Shown one piece after another: positions 9,761 through 19,646 of a stretch of 64,000 nucleotides of DNA. Below the pieces are notes generated by a model. It saw only the letters and a list, made by a program, of their open reading frames with translations. It searched no databases and was not told the DNA's origin. The DNA lies in the NCBI GenBank assembly GCA_050012255.1, contig JBEKHN010000004.1, forward strand, positions 32,001 through 96,000. Direction: 5' to 3'. The position numbers were made by a program, and so were the translations under genes. This DNA is from Candidatus Bathyarchaeia archaeon. GTDB taxonomy: Archaea > Thermoproteota > Bathyarchaeia > Bathyarchaeales > Bathycorpusculaceae. Positions within the stretch are counted from its first letter, which is position 1, and each line of letters starts with the position of its first letter.

Positions 9761-10305
9761 CCTTCCATCCCCTCGGCTTGTTCGTAAACGTAAAGCCCGT
9801 CTAAGAAGATGCGCGGGTCTTTTCTCTTCACCTTCGTACCTTGCTCAATGTTTGCTGCCGTCTGGCTCACGTCTTCCAGGTTTATGCCCCGAACGAGGAT
9901 GTCTTCTCCTTGGATGTTGACTTGGACGTTGCCGATTATTTTGGCCTTTCTTGGGTTTCGCTCGCCAGTGAAGTTTTCAATAAGAACTGTCCTTTCCTTG
10001 AGCTTGACTGAGACTGGGAAGTGTGAGAAGACGATTTTGAGCTTGTACGTAAAACCCTTCCTGACGCCTGTGATCATGTTCTGAATGTGCGAACGAACGG
10101 TGCCAACGAGTGCCGCTTCCCTTTTTCGAGGCCATTTAGCCGACACTCGCACCGTTTTGCCGTCAAGTTCGATTGAAACAGGCTCGTGAGAAAAGTCACG
10201 TGTCAATGTTCCTTTCGAACCTTTCACCGTGATTCTTCTTCCTTCAAGGCCTACTTCGACATCCTCTGGGACTTGAATGGTTTCGGACTTTTCTGGGGCT
10301 CGCAT
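9757..10305 (-). CDS. rpl6: 50S ribosomal protein uL6
   Basis: SHFP, NFTGE, DPRIFLDGLY. Confidence 0.96.
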   Translation of the reverse strand: MRAPEKSETIQVPEDVEVGLEGRRITVKGSKGTLTRDFSHEPVSIELDGKTVRVSAKWPRKREAALVGTVRSHIQNMITGVRKGFTYKLKIVFSHFPVSVKLKERTVLIENFTGERNPRKAKIIGNVQVNIQGEDILVRGINLEDVSQTAANIEQGTKVKRKDPRIFLDGLYVYEQAEGMEG

Positions 10306-10318
10306 TTTTAAACACCGC

Positions 10319-10717
10319 TCAATAAACGAAGGCTAGCAGTTTACCTCCAGCGCGTTTTTCCTTCGCGTCCTTGTGTGACAGCACGCCGGCAGGAGTTGAG
10401 ACAACGAGCAAGCCCACCTCTCTCGAAGGGAGGAACTCTTTTTCCCATTCTTCAAACTGGTCTGCTTTGAGTGAAAACCGTGGCCTGATGGCTCCACACC
10501 TGTTTATTCTTCCAAGCAGCTGAACCTTGAATTTTCCAGAACGGCCATCGTCTATGAACTCGAATTCACCGATGTAACCGTTCAGTTGCATGATTCTCAG
10601 GACTCGGCCCAAGAGCTTAGAGGCTGGGCTGATTATGCATTCGTGCTTGTTTCGCATTTCGTTGTTGATGACTGTTATCAACCCGTTTGCTAAGGTGTCC
10701 ATCATGCTTTTCCTCAT
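10319..10717 (-). CDS. rps8: 30S ribosomal protein uS8
   Basis: GYIGEFEFIDDGRSG; GGKLLAFVY. Confidence 0.96.
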   Translation of the reverse strand: MRKSMMDTLANGLITVINNEMRNKHECIISPASKLLGRVLRIMQLNGYIGEFEFIDDGRSGKFKVQLLGRINRCGAIRPRFSLKADQFEEWEKEFLPSREVGLLVVSTPAGVLSHKDAKEKRAGGKLLAFVY

Positions 10718-10882
10718 TCACTCGTATTTTTTGAAGCCGAGTTTTTTGGCTACTTCCCTAAAACATTGCCGGCACAGATATAAATTGTAACGTCGGATGA
10801 TTGGACCATAAGACCCGCATCTGCTGCATGGCCTTGCACCTTTGCCGTACTTTTTTTCCTTCTTAGGTTTCTGTTTTCCCAT
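10718..10882 (-). CDS. rps14: 30S ribosomal protein uS14 (Zn-binding; 54 aa, absent from the ORF track)
   Basis: Manual translation [54 protein letters not shown]. Confidence 0.95.
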   Translation of the reverse strand: MGKQKPKKEKKYGKGARPCSRCGSYGPIIRRYNLYLCRQCFREVAKKLGFKKYE

Positions 10883-10893
10883 TTGCCGTCCAC

Positions 10894-11436
10894 CTATTCA
10901 GTGATTTCCACACCCAAGGTGTCCTTGGTGAACACGATAGAGTCCTCGGGTGTCAGAACGTGCCTGGTGCCAATCTTGCTCCTTTTTTTCCTTCTTGTCT
11001 TAACCCGGTAGCCTGGCCGAATGACCGACACGCATATGTCCATACCGAATATTCCGACGTCGGGGTCGTATTTTACTCCTGGCAGCTCAATGTGTTCTTT
11101 TAAGCCGAAGGAAAAGTTGCCCTGTCTGTCGAAACTCTTGCTGGAAAGCTTTTTGTCAACGACCGGCAGAACCTTGTTCAAGAATTCAATCGCTTTTTCT
11201 TTTCTCAGCGTTGCGATGCAAGCTATCGATTCTCCTTTTCTGATGCCAAAATCTCTCACAGAGTCCTTCGCCCTTCTCTTGCATGGAGTTTGACCCGTTA
11301 TTTCCTTCAAGACTCTTACGGCTTTCTCCAGAGGTTCACCAGACTTTCCAACGCTGATGTTGACCACGACTTTTTCTATCCTTGGTCTGAGCATTGGCTG
11401 CGTTTCCCATTTCTTGCGAACCTCGTCTTCGGACAA
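10894..11436 (-). CDS. rpl5: 50S ribosomal protein uL5
   Basis: KVVVNISVG; FD..GNFSFG; YDP..GIFGMD. Confidence 0.96.
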   Translation of the reverse strand: MSEDEVRKKWETQPMLRPRIEKVVVNISVGKSGEPLEKAVRVLKEITGQTPCKRRAKDSVRDFGIRKGESIACIATLRKEKAIEFLNKVLPVVDKKLSSKSFDRQGNFSFGLKEHIELPGVKYDPDVGIFGMDICVSVIRPGYRVKTRRKKRSKIGTRHVLTPEDSIVFTKDTLGVEITE

Positions 11437-11437
11437 G

Positions 11438-12202
11438 TCAGTCTGCCTCCGGCAAAGAGACGAGAGGCTGTGCCTCCCCTACCGCAAAGACGAAATCCAG
11501 CGTTGTTTGGTAGCGCGCCCCTTTCTCATTCTCGATGGTCACCAGTGCGTTCCTACGTTTTTTTCCTTCTGCCTTTTCGATCTCAACTATTCTCCCGAAC
11601 TTTCCAACGTTTTTTCCACCAGTTATTATCGCGTACGCTTTTTCTTTCATCCTTGTGTGTTCGAGTATCTGCTTCTCTGGAAGGCTCAACTTCAGCGTGT
11701 CAAGTGTACCGAAAACGTCTTCCTTCGGGTTTTTTTGGTCAGCAACCTGGATCATCAGGTTTGAGCCATCATGAAGGTGAAGCTGTACCTGCCCTCTTTT
11801 AACAACCGTTTTGTCTTCTATCCGGGAAAGCTTGAACTTCGCCTCTTCATCGTTGACCGGGTTCAGGATCAGGCCTTTATAAGAAGGCAGTGTACAGAAG
11901 CTCTTGCCCATTTCAGGTATTGAAATGACATCCATCAGGCCGACGGGGAAATCGTCTCTTCGCCTCACTTTTCCGTCTACGTAGACCTTCCCTTGAGCGA
12001 CAATTGTCTTCGCCTCTTTCCTCGTTTCGGCGAATCCTAGGGCATCGCGCAGAACAATTGCTAGGGGCATGCATTCTTCGAGTGAGTGAGGCCCTGACGC
12101 AGGCTTCACGACCCATACAAACTCTTTCCTGTGGATCGGCCAGAATCTTGGGGCTGGCTTGCGTTTCAGTCCTGAAGACTTCTCCTTTCCGCCCATGCTC
12201 AT
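11438..12202 (-). CDS. rps4e: 30S ribosomal protein eS4
   Basis: LKR..AP..WPI.RK; GPH; FPVGLMDVI; LHDG.N. Confidence 0.96.
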   Translation of the reverse strand: MSMGGKEKSSGLKRKPAPRFWPIHRKEFVWVVKPASGPHSLEECMPLAIVLRDALGFAETRKEAKTIVAQGKVYVDGKVRRRDDFPVGLMDVISIPEMGKSFCTLPSYKGLILNPVNDEEAKFKLSRIEDKTVVKRGQVQLHLHDGSNLMIQVADQKNPKEDVFGTLDTLKLSLPEKQILEHTRMKEKAYAIITGGKNVGKFGRIVEIEKAEGKKRRNALVTIENEKGARYQTTLDFVFAVGEAQPLVSLPEAD

Positions 12203-12858
12203 TGTCCCTCTTCTTCAGTCTTTTGGGCGGTCTTGCGGGGGCTGCGTCTGGTTCTCCTCTTTGGTCTCGGCTTCTCTTCTTTTTCAGTCACTCTGGCTTC
12301 GGGCTTCGTCTTTTCTGAGACCTTCTTTGCAGGTGCTTTCCTCTCTGTCCTCGTGATTCTCTTCCTGGGAGCTTTCTCCTTACGCGCCGGCTTCTCTTCC
12401 ACCGCTTCCTCCACTTCAGCAACTTCTTTCGGCTTTTCTACAGGTCTAGCCTCTGGCTTCTCCACGGCCTTTTCTGGCTTCTTGCGTCTTTCCTTCTTTC
12501 TCTCTAAGATTTTCTTTCGCCACTTGTCGTCGAGGTTCAGACGTGTGATTACAACTTTAGACGGGTGCACTGGAAGGAACACTGTTGTTCCGTCAACTTT
12601 TTCACGTGTCAACCCTTCAACGTAGACCCTGTATTTTGCCAAGTCGACGCGGGTGACCTTTCCTTCGACTCCTCGATGATCTCCTCTCATAACGCGAACT
12701 GTGTCTCCGCTCCTCACTGCAAGGCTCTTGATTTCGTGTGAGGCCCTGAGGCCCTTGGAAAGATGAGCTGCAAGAAGCCTGTGCCGTACGTGAGCCGGCG
12801 CGTCGTATAGCATTTTTCTTTGCTTTGTTGGTTTTGTCAATGGTTTTGGTGCCTGCAT
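12199..12858 (-). CDS. rpl24: 50S ribosomal protein uL24 with long Lys/Glu/Arg-rich C-terminal extension
   Basis: KQRK..Y.AP.H; VRSGDTVRVMRGD; HPSKV. Confidence 0.95.
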   Translation of the reverse strand: MQAPKPLTKPTKQRKMLYDAPAHVRHRLLAAHLSKGLRASHEIKSLAVRSGDTVRVMRGDHRGVEGKVTRVDLAKYRVYVEGLTREKVDGTTVFLPVHPSKVVITRLNLDDKWRKKILERKKERRKKPEKAVEKPEARPVEKPKEVAEVEEAVEEKPARKEKAPRKRITRTERKAPAKKVSEKTKPEARVTEKEEKPRPKRRTRRSPRKTAQKTEEEGQ

Positions 12859-12869
12859 GTTCTACGCTC

Positions 12870-13310
12870 CTAAGCTATTATGCTGGAGGCGCTGGCAATC
12901 CGTGGCCACCTCTCAGCAGCCTCTTTTGCTACGGGACCGCGAATCTCTGAACCTTTCATTTCCCCCTCAGGAGTTATAATAACCGCTGCATTATCTTCAA
13001 ACTGGACCCAGACACCGTCAACCCTTCGGAATGGCTTCCTCTGTCTCACAATCACTGCTTGGAAGATCTTCTTCCTCATGTCCGGAGTCCCGTGTCTCAC
13101 AGAGACAGTTATCTTGTCTCCCACTGTCGCGGATGGGTAACGCCTAATCGTGCCCTTGTAGCCGAAGACCTGAACCAGCCGAAGCGTTCTTGCCCCAGTG
13201 TTGTCAGCGCACTTCAACATCGACGGGGGCTGAAGCCCTCTTGACAGCTTGGGCCCGTGCCCGATCATTCCTCTTGCGACGAGCGCCCTTTGCTTTGCCT
13301 TTGCCGCCAT
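12870..13310 (-). CDS. rpl14: 50S ribosomal protein uL14
   Basis: CADNTGA; FEDNAAVI; [12 protein letters not shown]. Confidence 0.97.
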   Translation of the reverse strand: MAAKAKQRALVARGMIGHGPKLSRGLQPPSMLKCADNTGARTLRLVQVFGYKGTIRRYPSATVGDKITVSVRHGTPDMRKKIFQAVIVRQRKPFRRVDGVWVQFEDNAAVIITPEGEMKGSEIRGPVAKEAAERWPRIASASSIIA

Positions 13311-13312
13311 TC

Positions 13313-13636
13313 CTACTTCTCCTCTGTTTTTTCAACGACCACAAATCCAACCGTCTTACTTATCGGGCGGCTTTCTGCTATGATCACGTGGTCTCCTTCT
13401 TTTACGTCGATGCATGGTGGTTTGTGTGACGGAATGCGACTGTGTCTTCTTTCGTACCTCTTGAACTTCGGCACGTATAAAAGGTAATCGCGTTCCACGA
13501 CAACTGTCTTATCCATTTTTGCGCTGACTACGACGCCTTCCAGAACGTGGCCTCTTATCGGCAGTTCTCCATGGAACGGACAGTTTATGTCGTCGCATGT
13601 CTTCTTAGGCTTCTTAAAAGTCAGCGACATTACCAT
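13313..13636 (-). CDS. rps17: 30S ribosomal protein uS17
   Basis: [10 protein letters not shown]; RPISKT. Confidence 0.96.
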   Translation of the reverse strand: MVMSLTFKKPKKTCDDINCPFHGELPIRGHVLEGVVVSAKMDKTVVVERDYLLYVPKFKRYERRHSRIPSHKPPCIDVKEGDHVIIAESRPISKTVGFVVVEKTEEK

Positions 13637-13911
13637 AGTCTCCTAACGCGTTTCTTCAACCGGTCCTCAGGTCTTCCGACAAGAATTCTTCCTTCGATTT
13701 CAACAACCGTACCGTCAGGAAACTCAAATCTGAAGGTGCTTGAGCCTTTTGGAACAGCCTTTTTCTCTCCATGACACGCGATTGTGAAGGTGTTCCGGGT
13801 TTCGTCTGTTATGTGGCCAGATATTCCGACGTATCCGTTATGGCTGCTCTTGCTGACCTCTGCTTCAGCTCCGATGAACTCGCATCGAATGATGTCTGGC
13901 GTCACCTTCAT
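13630..13911 (-). CDS. rnp1: Ribonuclease P protein component 1 (Rpp29)
   Basis: EFIG, DETRNT, GRPEDRLK; canonical position. Confidence 0.93.
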   Translation of the reverse strand: MKVTPDIIRCEFIGAEAEVSKSSHNGYVGISGHITDETRNTFTIACHGEKKAVPKGSSTFRFEFPDGTVVEIEGRILVGRPEDRLKKRVRRLW

Positions 13912-14147
13912 TTCTTTTTCTTCCTCTCAGGCTCTGTTTTTCTTATCCCGAGCTTCTGTTCTTGTTCTATCGTGAGTATCTTGGCAATCGCCTTGCGCAA
14001 TTCTTTCACTCGAGCGGGGTTTTCGATCGTGCCACCCGCCTTGATCATAATTCTCAACCTGAGAAGCTCTGTCCTGAACTCACCGAGTCTCTTAGACCTG
14101 TCTTCTGAGGGCATGTCCCGTATTTCTTTGACTCGGATCAAGGGCAT
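13908..14147 (-). CDS. rpl29: 50S ribosomal protein uL29
   Basis: EIRDM; NPAR..ELRKAIAKILT. Confidence 0.95.
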   Translation of the reverse strand: MPLIRVKEIRDMPSEDRSKRLGEFRTELLRLRIMIKAGGTIENPARVKELRKAIAKILTIEQEQKLGIRKTEPERKKKK

Positions 14148-14905
14148 TATTCAGCTGCCTCCCCTTCTTCTCCTACCTCTCTAGCACCTGCTTCTTCGCC
14201 CTCTGGTTTTTCGGCACGTGCTTCTTCAGTCTTCGCCTCTTCAGGTTTCGTTTCTTCAACCTCGGCTTCCTGCGCGCCCTCTTTTTCTGTCGTTTCCTCT
14301 TCTGGTGGGAGATTTTCAATTATGTGAAGCTTATCCGGAAACACTGCATCTGGAGGCATTATCTTGACTCTCACGCCGAACACGCCTGGTTTCAGTTGAA
14401 CATGAACCTCCGCCCTCTGCATGTACTTCAGCGACGGTTCTCCGCACTTCACCAGATAGCCAGCTCGGAATTTTTCAAACCTCGCTCTCTCGGTCCTAAG
14501 TTTGCCGCTGATTACTATCTCTGCGCCAAGGGCTCCTGCTTCCATGACTTGGTTCAGAGACCAGAAACCGGCGCGTCTGAAGTGCACGCCCCTCTGCAAG
14601 GCTGAGGCGACGCGAGAAGCAACAACGTAAGCATTTAACTCAGGAACCTCGATCTCAGACACAGAAATCTGCGGGTTTGAAACTTTGAACTTCTCTTCCA
14701 AGAAGGATGCAAGCTCTCTTATTGTTTCTCCACCTCGGCCTATGACAAGGCCCGGGCGCATTGCATAAATAACTATGTGGGTTCCAAGCGGAGTCTTGGA
14801 TATTGTTACGCCGCCGTATCCTGCTCTGTCGAGTTTCTTCTGCAGGTACTCGTCGATTTCTGTTTTCTTTATAGACTCTGTTATGAAGTGTTTGACAACG
14901 GACAC
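14147..14905 (-). CDS. rps3: 30S ribosomal protein uS3 with acidic C-terminal tail
   Basis: RPGLVIGRGG; GAEIVISGKL. Confidence 0.96.
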   Translation of the reverse strand: MSVVKHFITESIKKTEIDEYLQKKLDRAGYGGVTISKTPLGTHIVIYAMRPGLVIGRGGETIRELASFLEEKFKVSNPQISVSEIEVPELNAYVVASRVASALQRGVHFRRAGFWSLNQVMEAGALGAEIVISGKLRTERARFEKFRAGYLVKCGEPSLKYMQRAEVHVQLKPGVFGVRVKIMPPDAVFPDKLHIIENLPPEEETTEKEGAQEAEVEETKPEEAKTEEARAEKPEGEEAGAREVGEEGEAAE

Positions 14906-15393
14906 TAGGCTTCTTCTCTCCTCTCCGCTTGCTCTTCAAGGGCTATTTCAACGTGTGATGGAGTGTCAAAGTCTGGCGTCGTTCTTCCCTGGGCTCTTGG
15001 CTGAAACCGCTTCACTTTCATCCCTTGACTTGTAGCTGCATGGATGATGCGCAACCTGTCCGTGTCTAGTCCTTTGTTTTCGGCATTTGCCTCAGCCCCT
15101 TCAAGTAACTTGAGAATTTGTGATGCTGTTTTCACGGGGTACCTGCCTGCAAAAGCTTTTTCCAAGCCGTGGCGGTGACCCAGTTTCTTCGTGAACCTCC
15201 TGTATGGAACAGGCTTCTTCTTGGCAACAACATCTCTGAGGTACTGCTTGGCCTGAGTCAGCATCATTCCCTTGATTGTCCTACATACTTCTCGGGCCGA
15301 TTTGTGGGATACTCTGATCTCTCGTGCGCTTGCTTTTACCGTCTTCTCGGGATCCAGCTCTTCTTCTGCTATCGAGTATCCCCATTTTGGCAC
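14905..15393 (-). CDS. rpl22: 50S ribosomal protein uL22
   Basis: GRYPVK; PRAQGR. Start re-called to GTG 15393 because the longer start overlaps the TATA box. Confidence 0.93.
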   Translation of the reverse strand: MPKWGYSIAEEELDPEKTVKASAREIRVSHKSAREVCRTIKGMMLTQAKQYLRDVVAKKKPVPYRRFTKKLGHRHGLEKAFAGRYPVKTASQILKLLEGAEANAENKGLDTDRLRIIHAATSQGMKVKRFQPRAQGRTTPDFDTPSHVEIALEEQAERREEA

Positions 15394-15435
15394 TTCATAT
15401 TCTCTCCAGTTGTGCAATTGAACAGCGGTATGGTG

Positions 15436-15451
15436 ATTTATATGGTTTTCC
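15436..15451 (-). promoter_or_regulatory. BRE+TATA promoter of the r-protein operon
   Basis: Minus strand GGAAAACCATATAAAT. Confidence 0.6.
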
Positions 15452-15472
15452 TTTAACAAAAACGGTTCAAAA

Positions 15473-16120
15473 TCAATTTAAGCCCGCTAGACCCTTTTGT
15501 TTTGCCTCAAGGATTTTTCCTTTCCACTTCTGGGGACGGTACAGCGGATGAGCCATGCAGAAAGTCTCGCCATGCAAGAGCTCTTGTTTGTCCCAATTCG
15601 GCGCTTTTGCTCTCTCGGCTGTTGGCATCCACATGAGATGAACCTTGAAAATGTGACCCCTGCGCTTTGTCTTGTGGACTACATCAATCGAATCTACTGA
15701 CCTGAAGCCTAACCTTTCTATTTGATCTTTCCTGAACCACGGACTCCAATGGTTTTCCAAGGCTATCGATGCGAAACCATCTGCGTTTCTCTCGCTCCTA
15801 ACCATGTGTTCCACGAGTAATCTCCCGAAACCATGCATCTTTGCCTTTCTCAGAACCCAGACACAATTCATGACAATAACATGCTCGCCGCTTATGGGAT
15901 AGCCGCATGATTCGGCAGGTCCATACTCTATCGTGCCGACAACTGCTCCATCAACGATCAGTAGCTTCTTGCGCAACCTTCTCGGAACGGCCTTTTCGAG
16001 ATATTCTTGTCTATATTTGTATTTTCTGAAGGGCATCGGAGCCAGACACTTGTAGAGGTACTCATTGTACCCTTTCTTGCCTGTGATGTCGATGATCTTC
16101 ACGTTAAAGGTCGCCTTCAT
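15473..16120 (-). CDS. GNAT-family N-acetyltransferase (YoaP-like)
   Basis: GTIEYGP; VMNCVWV..KAKMHGFGRLL (acetyl-CoA binding motif A); LGF. Confidence 0.75.
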   Translation of the reverse strand: MKATFNVKIIDITGKKGYNEYLYKCLAPMPFRKYKYRQEYLEKAVPRRLRKKLLIVDGAVVGTIEYGPAESCGYPISGEHVIVMNCVWVLRKAKMHGFGRLLVEHMVRSERNADGFASIALENHWSPWFRKDQIERLGFRSVDSIDVVHKTKRRGHIFKVHLMWMPTAERAKAPNWDKQELLHGETFCMAHPLYRPQKWKGKILEAKQKGLAGLN

Positions 16121-16220
16121 TAGACATCACCTTTTTCAACCCGTTCCGAAACGCCCTACTTGATGACCTTTCCTACGATGTGTTTATGTTTGTCTCTTAA
16201 GGTTACCTAACTCATAGTTC

Positions 16221-17303
16221 ATGGTGGGCGAAAGCTTGTCAGATAAAAATGAGTACATCACTATGTTGCACGGTGCCGGCGGAACGGTCATGCACGATTT
16301 GATCAGAAATTACGTTGTCAAGTACTTTGGCGGGGCAAGCGGTGCTGAGGTGCCCCTTGAGGCCTTGGACGACGCTGCTGTTGTAGACGACGTAGTTTTC
16401 AAGAGTGATTCTCATGCTGTGAAGCCAATATTCTTTCCCGGAGGCGACATCGGGCGTTTGTCAGTATGTGGCACGGTCAACGACATTGCGATGCTGGGCG
16501 GTGAACCGTTTGCGTTGGCTTGTGGTTTCATCTTGGAAGAAGGATTGGCCATAGCTGATTTTGAAAGAATCTTGGTCAGCATGCGGCAGGCGTGCATGGA
16601 GGCTGGAGTGAGCATCGTTACAGGTGACACAAAGGTTGTCGAGAAGGGAAGCTTAGGGGGCTGTGTCATAAGCACTTCGGGGATCGGTCGAAGAACCGCG
16701 GCGCTGGACGAAAACCTGAGGGTTGTGAAACAGTTTAGGAATGGTTTCAAATCCCGCTGGATTCTTGACGAAAACCTTGCTGCTGGCGATAAGATAATCC
16801 TGTCAGGAACAATCGGCGACCATGGCTTGGCTGTGTTGTCTGCTCAAGAAGGCTTAAGCTTCGGCAGCGGGATAAGGTCTGATGTTAAGCCCCTGAACCA
16901 CTTGGTCCAGCGTATGCTCAAGGAGGTGGGCGGAGTGGTGGCGATGAAAGACCCGACCAGAGGAGGCTTGGCCGACGCGCTCAACGAATTTAGCGAAAAA
17001 TCGCATGTCGGCATCCTTGTTGACGAAGAGAAAGTTCCCATCAGGGAAGATGTGAAAGCGGCCTGTGAAATGTTGGGGTTGGACCCGTTCGAGGTTGGGA
17101 ACGAGGGAAAGATGATCATTGGTGCTGTGAAGGAAAAAGCCCTAGAGATCATGCATTTGTTGAAGGAAACTGAGGAAGGAAAAGACGCTGAGATAATTGG
17201 CAGCGCCGTCGCCGACATAAAAGGCGTGGCAATGCAGACAGCAGTCGGAGGCAAGAGAATCATACCCCGCCCTGTGGGAGACCCTGTTCCCAGAATATGT
17301 TAG
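16221..17303 (+). CDS. hypE: Hydrogenase maturation carbamoyl dehydratase HypE
   Basis: HGAGG, GTVND, GDTKVV, DPTRGG; C-terminal PRIC. Confidence 0.96.
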   Translation: MVGESLSDKNEYITMLHGAGGTVMHDLIRNYVVKYFGGASGAEVPLEALDDAAVVDDVVFKSDSHAVKPIFFPGGDIGRLSVCGTVNDIAMLGGEPFALACGFILEEGLAIADFERILVSMRQACMEAGVSIVTGDTKVVEKGSLGGCVISTSGIGRRTAALDENLRVVKQFRNGFKSRWILDENLAAGDKIILSGTIGDHGLAVLSAQEGLSFGSGIRSDVKPLNHLVQRMLKEVGGVVAMKDPTRGGLADALNEFSEKSHVGILVDEEKVPIREDVKAACEMLGLDPFEVGNEGKMIIGAVKEKALEIMHLLKETEEGKDAEIIGSAVADIKGVAMQTAVGGKRIIPRPVGDPVPRIC

Positions 17304-17364
17304 AGTGAAACGTAAGAAAAAGCCGCGTTTTAAAAAATGGGGAAAAGATACGTCAATAGCTTGT

Positions 17365-17997
17365 TTAGCGTTGGGTTTGAGTAGGTGCGGGTGCAGTTGG
17401 CTGCGCAGGCTGAGTTCGGATCGAGAAGAATGCAACCGCGAGCAGTATCATGGCAACCCAGAGGAGTATGAAACCGACTAAGACAATTGTCAAGACAGCC
17501 CCTATCAGGATCATTAACCCTGCCGTGCCAAACATGCCGACTCCACTCTTTTGCGCAAGATTGCTTAGTGATCTTCTCAGGAAAATAGCTGTGACAATCG
17601 CGAACACAAATAGCATGACCAAACTCAGCAAGATAGCAGCGATGTAGGTCGTGACGGCGTCCCACTTGACGCTTGTCCAGTCGAATTTTTGCCACACCAT
17701 CGGGTCCGTCCAATTGGACGGGTGGATACCTATCTTATCCAAGAATCCAACGGCTGCAGTCACAATTGCAACAATGGAGACTATTCCACCCACGATCGCT
17801 ATGATAATTGCGTAGAGTGCATTGTTGAATATGCTTGAATCACTGTAGTAGTTTGATAAACCCTTCATGGCTATGAGAACAAGTATGAGGCCGACGAGGG
17901 CGAGGATGCCTGTTTAGAATCCTGCGAAGGGTATGGTGCCGATGACAAGCAGTATTGCTCCAACTCCGCCTAGGCTCTTGTCCGTTTCCAGAGTCAT
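17365..17997 (-). pseudogene. DUF996-like membrane protein with an in-frame TAA at 17914-17916
   Basis: SD GAGG + ATG 17997 gives MTLETDKSLGGVGAILLVIGTIPFAGF*TGILALVGLILVLIA, in frame with ORF 17365..17868. Confidence 0.7.
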
Positions 17998-18069
17998 TCG
18001 ACATTACCTCACAGAGCGATTTTCTGCCTCTTCAGATAAAAGCCTTTCTTGAAGAGATTAACGTAACTA

Positions 18070-19149
18070 TCAGTCCTCTGCTCTCGCCCATATCCTGCAC
18101 GTTCCCTCGACGCTGACCATGCAGGCGCCCACTGGTTTTTGAGGAGTGCAAGTCTTCATGAACAGTGGACATTCAGTCGGTTTTATCTTTCCGATCACGA
18201 CTAGGTGGCATCTGCAGCCGTGCTGCATGTCGACGCCCTTCCCTACGCGCACGCCATACTTCTGATGCGCGTCATACTTCGAATATTCGTTTTTGAGTGT
18301 GTACTTAGAAAGGGGAATTGTACCGAGCCCCCGCCATGCGCCGTCCACTGTGGAAAAAACTTCGCGCATCACTTCCTGCGCTCTTACGTTCCCTTCCCTG
18401 TTCACAGCCCGCAGGTACTCGTTTTCCAGCTTCGGCTTGCCTTCGTCCAACTGTTTTAGCACCATGTACACTCCAAACATGAGGTCTAAGGGTTCAAACC
18501 CAGCCACTACAACAGGCATAGCATAGTCTTCTGGGAAAATCTCGTAAGGTTTCAGCCCGATTATCGTGCTGACGTGGCCTGGGGCGATGAAACCGTTCAG
18601 GCTCAAGTCTTTCATTTCGACCAGTAGTTTCATGGCCGGCGGGATTGTGCGGTGAGAAATCAAGAAGCTGATGTTTTTCAGGGGTTTTCCAGCTATTTCG
18701 ACCGCTGTGGATGGGGACGTGGTCTCAAAACCTACGGCAAAAAACACAAACTCCTTGTCATGCTCGTTTCTAGCCATCTGCACTGCGTCGCCGACGCCGT
18801 AAACGACTCGGACGTCTGCACCTCTCGCTTTGGCATCCAGAAGCGACATTTTTGAGCCTGGAACGCGGAGAAGGTCACCGAAGCATGTGATAACGATTCC
18901 TTTCAAGGCCAGCTGGACTGCTTCATCGATCTCTGAAGCCGGAACGATGCAAACCGGACAGCCTGGACCAGCTATGACTTCCACGTTTTTGGGTAGGAGA
19001 CTCCGCAGTCCGTAGTGCGTAATTGTCCACTCATGCGTACCGCAGACGTGGCAGATTTTGACTACGCCTTTTTTTGGCGCGATTTCACCTATCTTTTCTG
19101 AAACTTGTTTCGCGAGTTCTGGATCCCTGAATCTTGACTTTTCAGCCAT
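18070..19149 (-). CDS. hypD: Hydrogenase formation protein HypD
   Basis: CGTH, GPGCPVC, GFETT, PGHVS, GACMVS.EG.C. Start re-called at MAEKSRFRD. Confidence 0.96.
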   Translation of the reverse strand: MAEKSRFRDPELAKQVSEKIGEIAPKKGVVKICHVCGTHEWTITHYGLRSLLPKNVEVIAGPGCPVCIVPASEIDEAVQLALKGIVITCFGDLLRVPGSKMSLLDAKARGADVRVVYGVGDAVQMARNEHDKEFVFFAVGFETTSPSTAVEIAGKPLKNISFLISHRTIPPAMKLLVEMKDLSLNGFIAPGHVSTIIGLKPYEIFPEDYAMPVVVAGFEPLDLMFGVYMVLKQLDEGKPKLENEYLRAVNREGNVRAQEVMREVFSTVDGAWRGLGTIPLSKYTLKNEYSKYDAHQKYGVRVGKGVDMQHGCRCHLVVIGKIKPTECPLFMKTCTPQKPVGACMVSVEGTCRIWARAED

Positions 19150-19168
19150 TGTCTTTCCAACTTGCTGC

Positions 19169-19405
19169 TCATTGTCGCCCAGTCGCGGCTTCGGCTCCAA
19201 GAATCTCATTCCACAGGCGCAGTGTCTCCAAAGCCTCTTTCTCATCCAAAACCTGAATTGCATAGCCAGCATGCACCAAAACGTAGTCACCTACCTTAGC
19301 TTCTACCAGGGTGACGTTTACTTCCCTCAGAACTCCTTCACCAAAGTCAACTTCGGCTTTGTCTTCTTTGCGGTTTACAACCCTAGCTGGTATGGCCAAA
19401 CACAT
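19169..19405 (-). CDS. hypC: Hydrogenase assembly chaperone HypC
   Basis: MCLAIP N-terminus; GDYVLVHAGYA. Confidence 0.96.
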   Translation of the reverse strand: MCLAIPARVVNRKEDKAEVDFGEGVLREVNVTLVEAKVGDYVLVHAGYAIQVLDEKEALETLRLWNEILGAEAATGRQ

Positions 19406-19646
19406 ATCTTGATTCTCAGACTTTTGTTCCAATGGATGTTGGAAGACGCAGATTGATAAAGTTAGTGACATTGGAGAAGGATTTTCAACTTTGAAAGTCT
19501 ACTCTTTGTGAGGTGAAAATCGTTCCCACAAAGAGAGTCAACGTTACCGACGTGATTGCCAATGCGGAAACCTTCCAAGGTGTACGCGAGCCTCTGGTCT
19601 AGTTGTTCGCGATATTCGGATCTGCCTATGCGCCATCGGTTATGGT

